DNA of 24,982 nucleotides from a virus (IMGVR_UViG_2551306526_000003), one strand, 5' to 3'; positions 7,297 to 18,409 are shown, counted from the stretch's first letter. Notes: generated by a model from the sequence alone, not told the origin. Numbers and translations: made by a program.

Positions 7297-7643
7297 ACCT
7301 GGTCTCTCTCATCTGCTTCTGCTTTCGCCACCATCATTTCCAGCTTTTGTGAAAGGGATGCGGCTAACGTGTGAAATTCTTCGTCTGTTTCTACTGGTAT
7401 TGGCACAAACCTGACTCCAATTTGAGCGAGGCTATGTGCCATCTCGATACTCGTTCTTAACTCAACGGGAGATGCTTTGTGCATACAGCCCCCCCCCACT
7501 TTATTATTTATCTCCTCAGCCAGCCGCTGTGCTTTCAGGGGATTTCGGATTACAGAAAGGCCGGGAAATACCCAGCCTCGCTTTGTAACGGAGTAGACGA
7601 AAGTGATTGCGCCTACCCGGATATTATCGTGAGGATGCGTCAT
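7293..7643 (-). CDS. 116-aa early-left protein equivalent to lambda orf60a plus orf63 read as one frame; contains a G9 homopolymer (C9 on plus, 7489-7497)
   Basis: ATGA overlap with exo stop (start 7643), as for lambda orf60a; span 351 bp vs 347 bp for the two overlapping lambda ORFs as I recall the annotation. Confidence 0.5.
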
Positions 7644-8320
7644 CGCCATTGCTCCCCAAATACAAAACCAATTTCAGCCAGTGCCTCGTCCATTTTTTCG
7701 ATGAACTCCGGCACCATCTCGTCAAAACTCGCCATGTACTTTTCATTCCGCTCAATCACGACATAATGCAGGCCTTCACGCTTCATGCGCGGGTCATAGT
7801 TGGCAAAGTACCAGGCATCTTTTCGCGTCACCCACATGCTGTACTGCACCTGGGCCATGTAAGCCGATTTTATTGCCTCGAAACCACCGAGCCGGAATTT
7901 CATGAAATCCCGGGAGGTAAACGGGCATTTCAGTTCAAGGCCGTTGCCGTCACTGCATAAACCATCGGGAGAGCAGGCGGTGCGCATATTTTCGTCGCGA
8001 TAGATGATCGGGGATTCAGTAATATTCACGCCGGAAGTGAATTCAAACAGGGTTCTGGCGTCGTTCTCGTACTGTTTTCCCCAGGCCAGCGCCTTAGCAT
8101 TAACTTCCGGAGCCACACCGGTGCAAACCTCAGCCAGCAGGGTGTGGAAGTAGGACATTTTCATGTCAGGCCACTTCTTTCCTGAGCGGGGCTTTGCTAT
8201 CACGTTGTGAACTTCTGAAGCGGTGATGACGCCGAGCCGTAATTTGTGCCATGCATCATCCCCCTGTTCGACAGCTCTCACGTCGATCCCGGTACGCTGC
8301 AGGATAATGTCCGGTGTCAT
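7640..8320 (-). CDS. exo: Lambda exonuclease (Red alpha), 226 aa, intact
   Basis: [54 protein letters not shown]... matches lambda Exo full length. Confidence 0.95.
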   Translation of the reverse strand: MTPDIILQRTGIDVRAVEQGDDAWHKLRLGVITASEVHNVIAKPRSGKKWPDMKMSYFHTLLAEVCTGVAPEVNAKALAWGKQYENDARTLFEFTSGVNITESPIIYRDENMRTACSPDGLCSDGNGLELKCPFTSRDFMKFRLGGFEAIKSAYMAQVQYSMWVTRKDAWYFANYDPRMKREGLHYVVIERNEKYMASFDEMVPEFIEKMDEALAEIGFVFGEQWR

Positions 8321-8564
8321 GCTGCCACCTTCTGCTCAGTGGCTTTCTGTTTAAGGAATCCAAGAGCTTTCACTGCTTCGGCCTGTGTCAGTTCTGACGA
8401 TGCGCGAATGTCGCGGCGAAATATCTGGGAACAGAGCGGCAATAAGTCGTCATCCCATGTTTTATCCAGGGCGATCAGCAGAGTGTTAATCTCCTGCATG
8501 GTTTCATCGTTAAGGGGGGTAGTGAATGCTTTTGCTTGATCTCAGTTTCAGTATTAATATCCAT
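8317..8564 (-). pseudogene. bet-gam deletion remnant: last about 64 codons of bet (...[67 protein letters not shown]) joined at about 8513-8520 to the first about 15 codons of gam (ATGGATATTAATACTGAAACTGAGATCAAGCAAAAGCATTCACTA)
   Basis: Bet C-terminus and gam 5' end are both recognisable and abut at a C-rich tract; about 1 kb of bet and gam is missing relative to lambda. Confidence 0.75.
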
Positions 8565-8662
8565 TTTTTATAAGCGTCGACGGCCTCACGAAACATCTTT
8601 TCATCGCCAATAAAAGTGGCGATAGTGAATTTAGTCTGGATAGCCATAAGTGTTTGATCCAT
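8510..8662 (-). CDS. kil: Kil (host-killing, FtsZ-targeting small protein), 50 aa; C-terminal residues altered by the adjacent deletion junction
   Basis: MDQTLMAIQTKFTIATFIGDEKMFREAVDAYKKWILILKLRSSKSIH... matches lambda Kil; overlaps the cIII 3' end as in lambda; the lambda stop is replaced by TAC-CCC-CCT-TAA at the junction. Confidence 0.7.
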   Translation of the reverse strand: MDQTLMAIQTKFTIATFIGDEKMFREAVDAYKKWILILKLRSSKSIHYPP

Positions 8663-8795
8663 TTTTTGGGACTCCTGGCTGATTAAGTATGTCGATAAGG
8701 CGTTTCCATCCGTCACGTAATTTACGGGTGATTCGTTCAAGTAAAGATTCGGAAGGGCAGCCAGCAACAGGCCACCCTGCAATGGCATATTGCAT
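8631..8795 (-). CDS. cIII: cIII (FtsH/HflB inhibitor), 54 aa
   Basis: MQYAIAGWPVAGCPSESLLERITRKLRDGWKRLIDILNQPGVPKNGSNTYGYPD; SD AAGGAG; not in track (under 60 aa). Confidence 0.85.
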   Translation of the reverse strand: MQYAIAGWPVAGCPSESLLERITRKLRDGWKRLIDILNQPGVPKNGSNTYGYPD

Positions 8796-8867
8796 GGTGT
8801 GCTCCTTATTTATACATAACGAAAAACGCCTCGAGTGAAGCGTTATTGGTATGCGGTAACGCCGCGC

Positions 8868-9236
8868 TCAGGCGGCTTTGATAGTCATATCATCTGGATC
8901 AAATATTCCTGATGTATCGATATCGGTAATTCTTATTCCTTCGCTACCATCCATTGGAGGCCATCCTTCCTGACCATTTCCATCATTCCAGTCGAACTCA
9001 CACACAACACCATATGCATTTAAGTCGCTTGAAATTGCTATAAGCAGAGCATGTTGCGCCAGCATGATTAATACAGCATTTAATACAGAGCCGTGTTTAT
9101 TGAGTCGGTATTCAGAGTCTGACCAGAAATTATTAATCTGGTGAAGTTTTTCCTCTGTCATTACGTCATGATCGATTTCAATTTCTATTGATGCTTTCCA
9201 GTCGTAATCAATGATGTATTTTTTGATGTTTGACAT
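8868..9236 (-). CDS. ea10: Ea10-like protein, 122 aa
   Basis: Length and position (183-bp gap to ral) equal lambda ea10 as I recall the map. Confidence 0.7.
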   Translation of the reverse strand: MSNIKKYIIDYDWKASIEIEIDHDVMTEEKLHQINNFWSDSEYRLNKHGSVLNAVLIMLAQHALLIAISSDLNAYGVVCEFDWNDGNGQEGWPPMDGSEGIRITDIDTSGIFDPDDMTIKAA

Positions 9237-9418
9237 CTATTCATATCCTCATAGATAAAAAATCGCCCTCACACTGGAGGGCAAAGAAGATTTCCAATAA
9301 TCAGAACAAGTCGGCTCCTGTTTAGTTACGAGCGACATTGCTCCGTGTATTCACTCGTTGGAATGAATACACAGTGCAGTGTTTATTCTGTTATTTATGC
9401 CAAAAATAAAGGCCACTA

Positions 9419-9619
9419 TCAGGCAGCTTTGTTGTTCTGTTTACCAAGTTCTCTGGCAATCATTGCCGTCGTTCGTATTGCCCATTTATCGACATATTTC
9501 CCATCATCCATTACAGGAAACATTTCTTCAGGCTTAACCATGCATTCCGATTGCAGCTTGCATCCATTGCATCGCTTGAATTGTCCACACCATTGATTTT
9601 TATCAATAGTCGTAGTCAT
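9419..9619 (-). CDS. ral: Ral (restriction alleviation), 66 aa
   Basis: MTTTIDKNQWCGQFKRCNGCKLQSECMVKPEEMFPVMDDGKYVDKWAIRTTAMIARELGKQNNKAA matches lambda Ral. Confidence 0.85.
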   Translation of the reverse strand: MTTTIDKNQWCGQFKRCNGCKLQSECMVKPEEMFPVMDDGKYVDKWAIRTTAMIARELGKQNNKAA

Positions 9620-9689
9620 ACGGATAGTCCTGGTATTGTTCCATCACATCCTGAGGATGCTCTTCGAACTCTTCAAATTCTTCTTCCAT
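9603..9689 (-). CDS. Lambda orf28-like small acidic protein, 28 aa (MEEEFEEFEEHPQDVMEQYQDYPYDYDY)
   Basis: SD AAGGTGA; 17-bp overlap with ral as in lambda; not in track. Confidence 0.6.
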   Translation of the reverse strand: MEEEFEEFEEHPQDVMEQYQDYPYDYDY

Positions 9690-9730
9690 GTATCACCTTA
9701 AATAGTGGATTGCGGTAGTAAAGATTGTGC

Positions 9731-9946
9731 ATGGCCCGTCTGAAAAAGAACAACAGCGATTTGCACGATTTATTAGTAGATTATTATATAGTCGGTATGA
9801 CATTCATGTCACTGGCAGGTAAGCATTGCTGCTCTGATGGTTATATCGGGAAAAGGTTACAAAAGGCTGAGGGCATAATTGAAGGGATGTTAATGGCATT
9901 AGATATCCGGTTAGAGATGGATATCGTTGTTAATAACTCTAATTAA
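9731..9946 (+). CDS. Hypothetical 72-aa ORF; possibly a 5' fragment of sieB truncated at the early/late deletion junction
   Basis: Rightward-transcribed ORF where lambda carries sieB, ending just before the junction; I cannot recall the SieB sequence to confirm. Confidence 0.3.
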   Translation: MARLKKNNSDLHDLLVDYYIVGMTFMSLAGKHCCSDGYIGKRLQKAEGIIEGMLMALDIRLEMDIVVNNSN

Positions 9947-9979
9947 TACGCCAATTATTTACTAAAAGTTATTAAAAAT

Positions 9980-10124
9980 GGGGCGTTGAAACGCCCCCAA
10001 AAATAAAGGGTAATATATAACAGAAGGTTTATATAGTTAGAAGCAAGGTTGTGCTTCTAAAGGAAGTGGCTTGAGGGAGCCACTTATATGTTGGGGAGGC
10101 AAAGCCTCCCACAACATATCTTTT
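9980..10124. terminator. Cluster of 3-4 hairpins downstream of the porin gene, at the early-left/late-block junction; bidirectional terminator region
   Basis: GGGGCGT-tgaa-ACGCCCC (9980-9997); gaagca-aggttg-tgcttc (about 10039-10058); AAGTGGCT-tgaggg-AGCCACTT (10064-10085); near-perfect 15-bp stem ATATGTTGGGGAGGC-aaa-GCCTCCCACAACATAT (10086-10119) followed by CTTTT. Confidence 0.55.
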
Positions 10125-10134
10125 AGTAATCAAA

Positions 10135-11217
10135 TTAGAACTGGTAAACCATACCTACAGCAACGATATCATCGGTAGCAACGCCAGATGCTTTCGTGAA
10201 ATCGCTCTTATCAATCAGGTTGATTTTGTAGTCAACAAAAGTGGACATATTTTTGTTGAAGTAATAGGTTGCACCTACATCAACATATTCAACCAGGTCC
10301 TGATCACCCCAAACACCCAAGTCTTTTCCTTTAGAATGCAGGTAAGCAACGGATGGACGCAGGCCGAAGTCGAACTGATATTGTGCAACAGCTTCGAAGT
10401 TTTGTGCTTTGTTGGCAATATGGTTATTACCAAAAACAGTCATGTTCTGGGTTTCAGAATAGGTGGTGGCCAGATAGATGTTGTTCGCATCATATTTCAG
10501 ACCAGCTGCCCATACTTCAGCATTTTGACCAGAAGCATTCAGACCGTTGTTACCGTAGATAACCTGATTATTAGTGCGATCAGATTTAGCATAGGTTGCA
10601 CCCACGCCGAATCCTTCATACTCATAAGTAGTTGAGAAACCGAAACCATCGCCATTAGCTTCAGTTACTTCATTTCGGTCATTTTTGCCCTGATACTGAG
10701 CTGCAAAGTTCAGGCCATCAACCAGACCAAAGAAGTCGTTGTTACGATAAGTTGCAACACCTGTGGTGCGACCAGTCATGAATACATCTGTTTGGGTCCA
10801 GGTATCGCCACCGAATTCTGGCAGAACGTCGGTCCATGCACCGATGTCGTATGCTACACCGTAGTTACGGCCGTAATCGATGGAGCCGTAGTCACCGAAT
10901 TTCAGGCCAGCGAAGGCAAGACGGGTTTTATCTTTGGAGGAACCTTGAGATTCAGCGCGGTTGCCTTTGAATTCATATTCCCACTGACCGAAACCAGTCA
11001 GTTGATCGTTGATTTGGGTTTCACCTTTGAAGCCAAGACGGGCATAAGTAGTATCACCATCATCTGCATCATTAGAGGAGAAGTAGTGCTTGGCATTAAC
11101 TTTCCCGTACAGATCCAGCTTGTTACTGTCTTTATTATAAATTTCAGCTGCCTGAGCAGACATCGCCATCAGTACTGATGCAGCTACAGCAGAAATTGCC
11201 ACTGTTAATTTTTTCAT
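10135..11217 (-). CDS. nmpC: Phage-borne OmpC/OmpF-family general porin (NmpC/Lc type), 360 aa, intact
   Basis: Signal peptide [23 protein letters not shown], porin beta-barrel repeats, C-terminal ...VGMVYQF; matches my recollection of DLP12 NmpC / phage PA-2 Lc. Confidence 0.8.
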   Translation of the reverse strand: MKKLTVAISAVAASVLMAMSAQAAEIYNKDSNKLDLYGKVNAKHYFSSNDADDGDTTYARLGFKGETQINDQLTGFGQWEYEFKGNRAESQGSSKDKTRLAFAGLKFGDYGSIDYGRNYGVAYDIGAWTDVLPEFGGDTWTQTDVFMTGRTTGVATYRNNDFFGLVDGLNFAAQYQGKNDRNEVTEANGDGFGFSTTYEYEGFGVGATYAKSDRTNNQVIYGNNGLNASGQNAEVWAAGLKYDANNIYLATTYSETQNMTVFGNNHIANKAQNFEAVAQYQFDFGLRPSVAYLHSKGKDLGVWGDQDLVEYVDVGATYYFNKNMSTFVDYKINLIDKSDFTKASGVATDDIVAVGMVYQF

Positions 11218-11645
11218 CGTGAGCCCTTTTTTTTGAACTATTATTAAAAAATGATGTCACTGCGCGATAAATATTCATCTAATCAATGTGATTATTTCAA
11301 GATGTAAGTTTTAGTTTCTCGTTTGATTTGTGAAGTAGATCTCTATTTTTATCTGAACTTTTTTCTATCGAATCCTATTCATGGCTCTTGGCTGAATAAA
11401 AATAAATCTATTAGCCAATTTATATTAACGGCTGTTATTTATAAGTGCTCTATAATTTGAAGGTTCAATTTAAACCGGCTAAAAATAACACTGGAAATTA
11501 TTTATTGGTTATTTGTTGAGATTTTCTTATGTATTTGTAGTGGTGTTTTCAATACTCGGTAGCATTCTCGCAAATATCATTTAGTGGTTTACGTACGTAA
11601 AAAATTGGTTATGCTGTTAAGAGTGGTTACTTCGTCACACAGCTT

Positions 11646-11678
11646 AAACCCGCCGTCGAGCGGGTTTTTCCATTTTTT
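11646..11678 (+). terminator. Intrinsic terminator about 130 bp upstream of the holin; candidate tR' of the late operon
   Basis: Stem AAACCCGC-cgtcga-GCGGGTTT followed by TTTCCATTTTTT. Confidence 0.45.
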
Positions 11679-11806
11679 GAGTCTCGATATTAGCTGATAA
11701 CCCAATACCTGAGTTATTCACTGACTCCGAGTCTGTTACGTTTCTGCTTTTTTGCGATACGTTGTATTCCCTCAATTTACACCCGCTTTGTCTGCGAGGT
11801 GGGGTT

Positions 11807-12022
11807 ATGAAATCCATGGATAAGTTAACAACGGGTGTCGCCTATGGCACCTCAGCAGGTAGTGCCGGTTACTGGTTTTTACAGCTGCTCGATAAAGTCA
11901 CGCCCTCACAGTGGGCAGCAATAGGTGTGCTGGGTAGCCTGGTATTTGGCCTGCTGACGTACCTGACAAACCTTTATTTCAAGATTAAAGAAGATAAGCG
12001 CAAGGCTGCGAGAGGTGAATAA
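11807..12022 (+). CDS. essD: Class II pinholin of phage-21 type (S21/EssD-like), 71 aa, with dual-start motif (MKSMDK)
   Basis: [71 protein letters not shown]; two TM segments; track ORF begins upstream at 11762 but the SD-ATG at 11807 gives the canonical length. Confidence 0.85.
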
Positions 12023-12519
12023 TGCCTCCATCATTACGAAAAGCCGTTGCTGCTGCTATTGGTGGCGGAGCAATTGCTATAGCATCAGTGTTAATTACTG
12101 GCCCAAGTGGTAACGATGGTCTGGAAGGTGTCAGCTACGTACCATACAAAGATATCGTTGGCGTATGGACTGTATGTCACGGACACACCGGAAAAGACAT
12201 CATGCTCGGTAAAACGTATACCAAAGCAGAATGCAAAGCACTCTTGAATAAAGACCTTGCCACTGTCGCCAGACAAATTAACCCGTACATCAAAGTCGAT
12301 ATACCGGAAACAACGCGCGGCGCTCTTTACTCATTCGTTTACAACGTGGGTGCTGGCAATTTCAGAACATCGACGCTTCTTCGCAAAATAAACCAGGGCG
12401 ATATCAAAGGCGCATGTGATCAGCTACGTCGCTGGACATATGCTGGCGGTAAGCAATGGAAAGGTCTCATGACTCGTCGTGAGATTGAGCGTGAAATCTG
12501 TTTGTGGGGTCAGCAATGA
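12022..12519 (+). CDS. rrrD: SAR endolysin (T4-lysozyme fold, signal-anchor-release type, R21/RrrD-like), 165 aa
   Basis: N-terminal SAR domain [23 protein letters not shown] followed by a lysozyme catalytic region; ATGA-type overlap with the holin stop. Confidence 0.9.
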   Translation: MPPSLRKAVAAAIGGGAIAIASVLITGPSGNDGLEGVSYVPYKDIVGVWTVCHGHTGKDIMLGKTYTKAECKALLNKDLATVARQINPYIKVDIPETTRGALYSFVYNVGAGNFRTSTLLRKINQGDIKGACDQLRRWTYAGGKQWKGLMTRREIEREICLWGQQ

Positions 12520-12977
12520 ACAGAGTAACCGCGATTATCTCCGCTCTGGTTATCTGCATCATCGTCTACCTGTCATGGGCTGTTAATCATTACCGTGATA
12601 ACGCCATTACCTACAAAGCCCAGCGCGACAAAAATGCCAGAGAACTGAAGCTGGCGAACGCGGCAATTACTGACATGCAGATGCGTCAGCGTGATGTTGC
12701 TGCGCTCGATGCAAAATACACGAAGGAGTTAGCTGATGCTAAAGCTGAAAATGATGCTCTGCGTGATGATGTTGCCGCTGGTCGTCGTCGGTTGCACATC
12801 AAAGCAGTCTGTCAGTCAGTGCGTGAAGCCACCACCGCCTCCGGCGTGGATAATGCAGCCTCCCCCCGACTGGCAGACACCGCTGAACGGGATTATTTCA
12901 CCCTCAGAGAGAGGCTGATCACTATGCAAAAACAACTGGAAGGAACCCAGAAGTATATTAATGAGCAGTGCAGATAG
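12516..12977 (+). CDS. rzpD: Rz-type i-spanin (inner-membrane spanin), 153 aa
   Basis: N-terminal TM segment and coiled coil; contains the embedded Rz1 gene in the +1 frame. Confidence 0.85.
   Translation: MNRVTAIISALVICIIVYLSWAVNHYRDNAITYKAQRDKNARELKLANAAITDMQMRQRDVAALDAKYTKELADAKAENDALRDDVAAGRRRLHIKAVCQSVREATTASGVDNAASPRLADTAERDYFTLRERLITMQKQLEGTQKYINEQCR
12736..12918 (+). CDS. rzoD: Rz1-type o-spanin (outer-membrane lipoprotein), 60 aa, embedded within Rz
   Basis: Lipobox [10 protein letters not shown] and proline-rich mature region [21 protein letters not shown]. Confidence 0.8.
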   Translation: MLKLKMMLCVMMLPLVVVGCTSKQSVSQCVKPPPPPAWIMQPPPDWQTPLNGIISPSERG

Positions 12978-13008
12978 AGTTGCCCATATCGATGGGCAAC
13001 TCATGCAA

Positions 13009-13302
13009 TTATTGTGAGCAATACACACGCGCTTCCAGCGGAGTATAAATGCCTAAAGTAATAAAACCGAGCAATCCATTTACGAATGTTTGCTGGGTTT
13101 CTGTTTTAACAACATTTTCTGCGCCGCCACAAATTTTGGCTGCATCGACAGTTTTCTTCTGCCCAATTCCAGAAACGAAGAAATGATGGGTGATGGTTTC
13201 CTTTGGTGCTACTGCTGCCGGTTTGTTTTGAACAGTAAACGTCTGTTGAGCACATCCTGTAATAAGCAGGGCCAGCGCAGTAGCGAGTAGCATTTTTTTC
13301 AT
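13009..13302 (-). CDS. bor: Bor lipoprotein (serum-resistance, Iss-like), 97 aa
   Basis: MKKMLLATALALLITGCAQQTFTVQNKPAAVAPKETITHHFFVSGIGQKKTVDAAKICGGAENVVKTETQQTFVNGLLGFITLGIYTPLEARVYCSQ matches lambda Bor. Confidence 0.9.
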   Translation of the reverse strand: MKKMLLATALALLITGCAQQTFTVQNKPAAVAPKETITHHFFVSGIGQKKTVDAAKICGGAENVVKTETQQTFVNGLLGFITLGIYTPLEARVYCSQ

Positions 13303-13592
13303 GGTGTTATTCCCGATGCTTTTTGAAGTTCGCAGAATCGTATGTGTAGAAAATTAAACAAACCCTAAACAATGAGTTGAAATTTCATATTGTTAATATT
13401 TATTAATGTATGTCAGGTGCGATGAATCGTCATTGTATTCCCGGATTAACTATGTCCACAGCCCTGACGGGGAACTTCTCTGCGGGAGTGTCCGGGAATA
13501 ATTAAAAACGATGCACACAGGGTTTAGCGCGTACACGTATTGCATTATGCCAACGCCCCGGTGCTGACACGGAAGAAACCGGACGTTATGAT

Positions 13593-14003
13593 TTAGCGTG
13601 GAAAGATTTGTGTAGTGTTCTGAATGCTCTCAGTAAATAGTAATGAATTATCAAAGGTATAGTAATATCTTTTATGTTCATGGATATTTGTAACCCATCG
13701 GAAAACTCCTGCTTTAGCAAGATTTTCCCTGTATTGCTGAAATGTGATTTCTCTTGATTTCAACCTATCATAGGACGTTTCTATAAGATGCGTGTTTCTT
13801 GAGAATTTAACATTTACAACCTTTTTAAGTCCTTTTATTAACACGGTGTTATCGTTTTCTAACACGATGTGAATATTATCTGTGGCTAGATAGTAAATAT
13901 AATGTGAGACGTTGTGACGTTTTAGTTCAGAATAAAACAATTCACAGTTTAAATCTTTTCGCACTTGATCGAATATTTCTTTAAAAATGGCAACCTGAGC
14001 CAT
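13593..14003 (-). CDS. ybcV: DUF1398-family protein (YbcV-like), 136 aa from [13 protein letters not shown] (track ORF extends to 14126)
   Basis: Sequence matches my recollection of DLP12 YbcV; position downstream of bor. Confidence 0.65.
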   Translation of the reverse strand: MAQVAIFKEIFDQVRKDLNCELFYSELKRHNVSHYIYYLATDNIHIVLENDNTVLIKGLKKVVNVKFSRNTHLIETSYDRLKSREITFQQYRENLAKAGVFRWVTNIHEHKRYYYTFDNSLLFTESIQNTTQIFPR

Positions 14004-14288
14004 TGGTAAAACCTTCCATGTGATACGAGGGCGCGTAGTTTGCATTATCGTTTTTATCGTTTCAATCTGGTCTGACCTCTTTGTGTTTTGTTGATGATTT
14101 ATGTCAAATATTAGGAATGTTTTCACTTAATAGTATTGGTTGCGTAACAAAGTGCGGTCCTGCTGGCATTCTGGAGGGAAATACAACCGACAGATGTATG
14201 TAAGGCCAACGTGCTCAAATCTTCATACAGAAAGATTTGAAGTAATATTTTAACCGCTAGATGAAGAGCAAGCGCATGGAGCGACAAA

Positions 14289-14495
14289 ATGAATAAAGAA
14301 CAATCTGCTGATGATCCCTCCGTGGATCTGATTCGTGTAAAAAATATGCTTAATAGCACCATTTCTATGAGTTACCCTGATGTTGTAATTGCATGTATAG
14401 AACATAAGGTGTCTCTGGAAGCATTCAGAGCAATTGAGGCAGCGTTGGTGAAGCACGATAATAATATGAAGGATTATTCCCTGGTGGTTGACTGA
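14289..14495 (+). CDS. ybcW: YbcW-like small protein, 68 aa
   Basis: 68-aa ORF 558 bp upstream of cosN, the spacing I recall for the last ORF of the lambda genome. Confidence 0.6.
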
Positions 14496-14659
14496 TCACC
14501 ATAACTGCTAATCATTCAAACTATTTAGCCTGTGACAGAGCCAACACGCAGTCTGTCACTGTCAGGAAAGTGGTAAAACTGCAACTCAATTACTGCAATG
14601 CCCTCGTAATTAAGTGAATTTACAATATCGTCCTGTTCGGAGGGAAGAACGCGGGATGT

Positions 14660-14854
14660 TCATTCTTCATCACTTTTAATTGATGTATATGCTCTCTTTT
14701 CTGACGTTAGTCTCCGACGGCAGGCTTCAATGACCCAGGCTGAGAAATTCCCGGACCCTTTTTGCTCAAGAGCGATGTTAATTTGTTCAATCATTTGGTT
14801 AGGAAAGCGGATGTTGCGGGTTGTTGTTCTGCGGGTTCTGTTCTTCGTTGACAT
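14660..14854 (-). CDS. ylcI: DUF3950-family small basic protein (YlcI-like), 64 aa
   Basis: MSTKNRTRRTTTRNIRFPNQMIEQINIALEQKGSGNFSAWVIEACRRRL...; conserved position just left of cos. Confidence 0.6.
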   Translation of the reverse strand: MSTKNRTRRTTTRNIRFPNQMIEQINIALEQKGSGNFSAWVIEACRRRLTSEKRAYTSIKSDEE

Positions 14855-15029
14855 GAGGTTGCCCCGTATTCAGTGTCGCTGATTTGTATTGTCTGAAGTT
14901 GTTTTTACGTTAAGTTGATGCAGATCAATTAATACGATACCTGCGTCATAATTGATTATTTGACGTGGTTTGATGGCGTAGATGCACGTTGTGACATGCA
15001 GATGATAATTATTATCATTTTGCGGGTCC

Positions 15030-15242
15030 TTTCCGGTGATCCGACAGGTTACGGGGCGGCGACCTCGCGGGTTTTCGCTATTTATGAAAATTTTCCGGTT
15101 TAAGGCGTTTCCGTTCTTCTTCGTCATAACTTAATGTTTTTATTTAAAATACCCTCTGAAAAGAAAGGAAGCGACAGGTGCTGAAAGCGAGCTTTTTGGC
15201 CTCTGTCGTTTCCTTTCTCTGTTTTTGTCCGTGGAATGAACA
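15030..15242. other. cos: cos site: cosN 12-nt cohesive-end sequence GGGCGGCGACCT at 15054-15065, with cosQ to the left and cosB (terminase/IHF sites) to the right up to Nu1
   Basis: ...CCGACAGGTTACG|GGGCGGCGACCTCGCGGGTTTTCGCTATTTATGAAAATTTTCCGG... matches the joined lambda genome ends. Confidence 0.9.
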
Positions 15243-15762
15243 ATGGAAGTCAACAAAAAGCAGCTGGCTGACATTTTCGGTGCGAGTATCCGTACCATTC
15301 AGAACTGGCAGGAACAGGGAATGCCCGTTCTGCGAGGCGGTGGCAAGGGTAATGAGGTGCTTTATGACTCTGCCGCCGTCATAAAATGGTATGCCGAAAG
15401 GGATGCTGAAATTGAGAACGAAAAGCTGCGCCGGGAGGTTGAAGAACTGCGGCAGGCCAGCGAGGCAGATCTCCAGCCAGGGACTATTGAGTACGAACGC
15501 CATCGACTTACGCGTGCGCAGGCCGACGCACAGGAACTGAAGAATGCCAGAGACTCCGCTGAAGTGGTGGAAACCGCATTCTGTACTTTCGTGTTGTCGC
15601 GGATCGCAGGTGAAATTGCCAGTATTCTCGACGGGATCCCCCTGTCGGTGCAGCGGCGTTTTCCGGAACTGGAAAACCGACATGTTGATTTCCTGAAACG
15701 GGATATCATCAAAGCCATGAACAAAGCAGCCGCGCTGGATGAACTGATACCGGGGTTGCTGA

Positions 15763-15788
<26 letters not shown>
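15243..15788 (+). CDS. nu1: Terminase small subunit Nu1, 181 aa
   Basis: MEVNKKQLADIFGASIRTIQNWQEQGMPVLRGGGKGNEVLYDSAAVIKWYAERDAE... matches lambda Nu1. Confidence 0.95.
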
Positions 15789-17743
<1,955 letters not shown>

Positions 17744-17761
17744 ATTTTATAACCCAGAACG

Positions 17762-17786
17762 GGCGTCAGAAATGACGCCTTTTTTA
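17762..17786 (+). terminator. Intrinsic terminator between J and lom
   Basis: Stem GGCGTCA-gaaa-TGACGCC followed by TTTTTTT. Confidence 0.6.
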
Positions 17787-17809
17787 TTGCAGAAAAGCGA
17801 GAGGTAATT

Positions 17810-18409
17810 ATGCGTAAACTTTATGCCGCCATTTTGTCCGCAGCCATTTGTCTGGCCGTATCCGGTGCGCCTGCATGGGCGTCTGAACATCAGTCCACGC
17901 TGAGCGCGGGGTATCTTCATGCCCGGACGAACGTTCCCGGCAGTGATGATCTGAACGGGATTAACGTGAAATACCGTTATGAGTTTACGGACACACTGGG
18001 GATGGTGACGTCATTCAGCTATGCAGGAGACAAGAATCGTCAGCTGACCCGTTACAGCGATACCCGCTGGCATGAAGATTCCGTTCGTAACCGCTGGTTC
18101 AGCGTAATGGCGGGGCCGTCTGTGCGCGTGAATGAATGGTTCAGCGCGTATGCGATGGCGGGTGTGGCTTACAGCCGTGTGTCGACTTTTTCCGGGGATT
18201 ATATCCGCGTAACTGACAATAAGGGGAAAACGCACGATGTGCTGACCGGAAGTGATGACGGTCGCCACAGCAACACGTCTCTGGCGTGGGGGGCTGGCGT
18301 GCAGTTTAACCCGACCGAATCCGTGGCCATTGATATTGCTTATGAAGGCTCCGGCAGTGGTGACTGGCGCACTGACGGTTTCATCGTGGGTGTCGGTTAT
18401 AAATTCTGA
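17810..18409 (+). CDS. lom: Lom (Ail/Lom/OmpX-family outer-membrane beta-barrel protein), 199 aa
   Basis: Signal peptide, C-terminal ...AYEGSGSGDWRTDGFIVGVGYKF identical to the lambda Lom C-terminus. Confidence 0.85.
   Translation: MRKLYAAILSAAICLAVSGAPAWASEHQSTLSAGYLHARTNVPGSDDLNGINVKYRYEFTDTLGMVTSFSYAGDKNRQLTRYSDTRWHEDSVRNRWFSVMAGPSVRVNEWFSAYAMAGVAYSRVSTFSGDYIRVTDNKGKTHDVLTGSDDGRHSNTSLAWGAGVQFNPTESVAIDIAYEGSGSGDWRTDGFIVGVGYKF

Noticed and set aside
8856-8875. Hairpin GCCGC-gctcag-GCGGC with downstream TTT, overlapping the ea10 stop
   Set aside because: On the strand opposite the only transcription unit here, with a short stem; likely incidental
9345-9596. 83-aa plus-strand ORF opposite ral
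   Set aside because: Antisense to ral and the ea10-ral intergenic region
14123-14456. Minus-strand ORFs 14123-14362 and 14250-14456
   Set aside because: Antisense to the ybcW homologue and in a promoter-like AT-rich interval; no SD
14870-15127. 85-aa minus-strand ORF across the cos region
   Set aside because: Covers cosQ/cosN/cosB, which is non-coding in lambda; no SD; Arg/Asn-rich low-complexity product
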